Of a stretch of 64,000 nt of DNA, positions 61,801 through 64,000 are shown one piece after another. The DNA is taken from positions 645,525 to 709,524 of the forward strand of contig NIVC01000284.1 of assembly GCA_002269645.1 (NCBI GenBank), written 5' to 3'. Both the position numbers and the translations under genes were made by a program. A model generated the notes under the pieces. The model worked only from the letters and a program-made list of their open reading frames with translations, did not search any database and had not been told where the DNA came from. Within the stretch, counting starts at the first letter, position 1. Every line of letters begins with the position of its first letter. Source of the stretch: Macrostomum lignano. Taxonomy: Eukaryota.

Positions 61801-64000
61801 TGTAGGTTAGCTGGACCAGCTAAACTTGAATTCCACCTCCTATTGGTGAGGCTCTAAAACAGACTGGCTCAGTTGCGTCAGTGCAGTCTGTAGGTTAGCT
61901 GGACCACCTAAACTTGAATTCCACCTCCTATCTGTGAGGCTCTAAAACAGACTGGATCAGTTGCGTCAGTACAGTCTGTAGGTTAGCTGGACCACCTAAA
62001 CTTGAATTCCACCCCATCTGTGAGGCTCTAAAACAGACTGGCTCTGTGGCGTCAGTACAGTCTGTAGGTTAGCTGGACCAGTTCAATTAGAATAGGATAA
62101 GCCAAATCTGAACACTTTGCAGCAAGCTCACCACAGTAGATTCAATCTCGTCCTATGACTGAACTGCGATGAGGCAACACGTCTGTCCACCGGACTGACC
62201 AGCGTCTCAGGTGCCTCAGCTGACTTCTTAGAAGTGTCCAGACGTGAGGTGTCAGCCTATAGTCGACTTAATGGCTCTTGGTCTTAAAGTCTTGGTCGAT
62301 ATCTTGCTGGAGTTGCTTGCGTCACTCGTCTGCATCAAAGCTGACTTGCCGTCTCCAGACTGGGCCTGTCAAATTTGGCATTTATACGAGAATTCAGGAT
62401 TGACAGTTTACAACTGATATTCTACTGAGACTTTGAAACAGACTGGCATATTGGTGTCAGTACAGTCTGTAGGTTAGCTGGACCACCTAAACTTGAATTC
62501 CACCTCCTATCTGTGAGGCTCTTCAACAGACTGGCTCAGTTGCGTCAGTGCAGTCTGTAGGTTAGCTGGACCAGCTAAACTTGAATTCCACCTCCTATTG
62601 GTGAGGCTCTAAAACAGACTGGCTCAGTTGCGTCAGTGCAGTCTGTAGGTTAGCTGGACCACCTAAACTTGAATTCCACCTCCTATCTGTGAGGCTCTTC
62701 AACAGACTGGATCAGTTGCGTCAGTACAGTCTGTAGGTTAGCTGGACCACCTAAACTTGAATTCCACCCATCTGTGAGGCTCTAAAACAGACTGGCTCTG
62801 TGGCGTCAGTACAGTCTGTAGGTTAGCTGGACCAGTTCAATTAGAATAGGATAAGCCAAATCTGAACACTTTGCAGCAAGCTCACCACAGTAGATTCAAT
62901 CTCGTCCTATGACTGAACTGCGATGAGGCAACACGTCTGTCCACCGGACTGACCAGCGTCTCAGGTGCCTCAGCTGACTTCTTAGAAGTGTCCAGACGTG
63001 AGGTGTCAGCCTATAGTCGACTTAATGGCTCTTGGTCTTAAAGTCTTGGTCGATATCTTGCTGGAGTTGCTTGCGTCACTCGTCTGCATCAAAGCTGACT
63101 TGCCGTCTCCAGACTGGGCCTGTCAAATTTGGCATTTATACGAGAATTCAGGATTGACAGTTTACAACTGATATTCTACTGAGACTTTGAAAAAGACTGG
63201 CATATTGGTGTCAGTGCAGTCTGTAGGTTAGCTGGACCACCTAAACTTGAATTCCACCTCTATCTGTGAGGCTCTTAACAGACTGGCTCTGTGGCGTCAG
63301 TGCAGTCTGTAGGTTAGCTGGACCTCCTAAACTTGAATTCCACCCCATCTATGAGGCTCTAAAACAGACTGGCTCTGTGGCGTCAGTACAGTCTGTAGGT
63401 TAGCTGGACCACCTAAACTTGAATTCCACCTCCTATCTGGGGGCTCTTAAACAGACTTGATCAGTTGCGTCAGTGCAGTCTGTAGGTTAGCTGGACCACC
63501 TAAACTTGAATTCCACCCCATCTATGAGGCTCTAAAACAGACTGGCTCTGTGGCGTCAGTGCAGTCTGTAGGTTAGCTGGACCTCCTAAACTTGAATTCC
63601 ACCCCATCTATGAGGCTCTAAAAACAGACTGGCTCTGTGGCGTCAGTACAGTCTGTAGGTTAGCTGGACCAGTTCAATTAGAATAGGATAAGCCAAATCT
63701 GAACACTTTTGCAGCAAGCTCATCACAGTAGATTCAATCTCGTCCTATGACTGAACTGCGATGAGGCAACACGTCTGTCCACCGGACTGACCAGCGTCTC
63801 AGGTGCCTCAGCCGACTTCTTAGAAGTGTCCAGACGTGAGGTGTCAGCCTATAGTCGACTAATGGCTCTTGGCCTTTAAAGTCTTGGTCGATATCTTGCT
63901 GGAGTTGCTTGCGTCACTCGTCTGCATCAAAGCTGACTTGCCGTCTCCAGACTGGGCCTGTCAAATTTGGCATTTATACGAGAATTCAGGATTGACAGTT
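58885..64000. repeat. Composite satellite: ~320-bp constant block plus 3-6 copies of an ~87-bp subrepeat; continues past the window end
   Basis: GGAGTTGCTTGCGTCACTCG recurs at 58885, 59551, 60306, 60974, 61554, 62309, 63063 and 63901 (periods 666, 755, 668, 580, 755, 754, 838). Confidence 0.95.

Noticed and set aside
58885-64000. Hammerhead ribozyme in the satellite, as in Schistosoma or newt satellites
   Set aside because: No CUGANGA...GAAA core with supporting stems on either strand; only partial TGATGAG or GAAAC matches. CTGATGA at ~38211 also lacks a GAAA partner.

Overview
Eukaryotic, intron-rich animal genomic DNA: GC-rich exons in AT-rich, repeat-filled introns. The style is consistent with a free-living flatworm such as Macrostomum, but this is inference from composition, not an identification. 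Most long ORFs in the track are translations of tandem repeats. Manual splice-phase reconstruction supports seven genes. (1) The 3' part of a single-pass membrane protein with a ~750-aa disordered tail rich in Tyr motifs (to 22216, +). (2) An orphan minus-strand exon (26306-26872). (3, 4) Two PAN + F-type lectin paralogs, the second probably a pseudogene. (5) A secreted PAN + ALK/LTK-like glycine-rich protein. (6) A 9-exon, 1023-aa secreted protein with three tandem Hedgehog-N/DD-peptidase (M15)-fold domains and no recognisable Hint domain; this is the top finding. (7) A 523-aa, probably myristoylated, four-repeat protein. Mobile and repetitive DNA includes an internally deleted Ty3/Gypsy LTR element inside a 35-bp satellite (5-bp TSD), four near-complete copies and one head fragment of a tRNA-derived CORE-type SINE, MITE-like inverted repeats, more than 20 distinct micro/minisatellites, and a composite satellite filling the last 5 kb. 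No CRISPR array, rRNA or intact tRNA gene was seen. All domain assignments come from motif recognition by eye and need HMM or structure confirmation.
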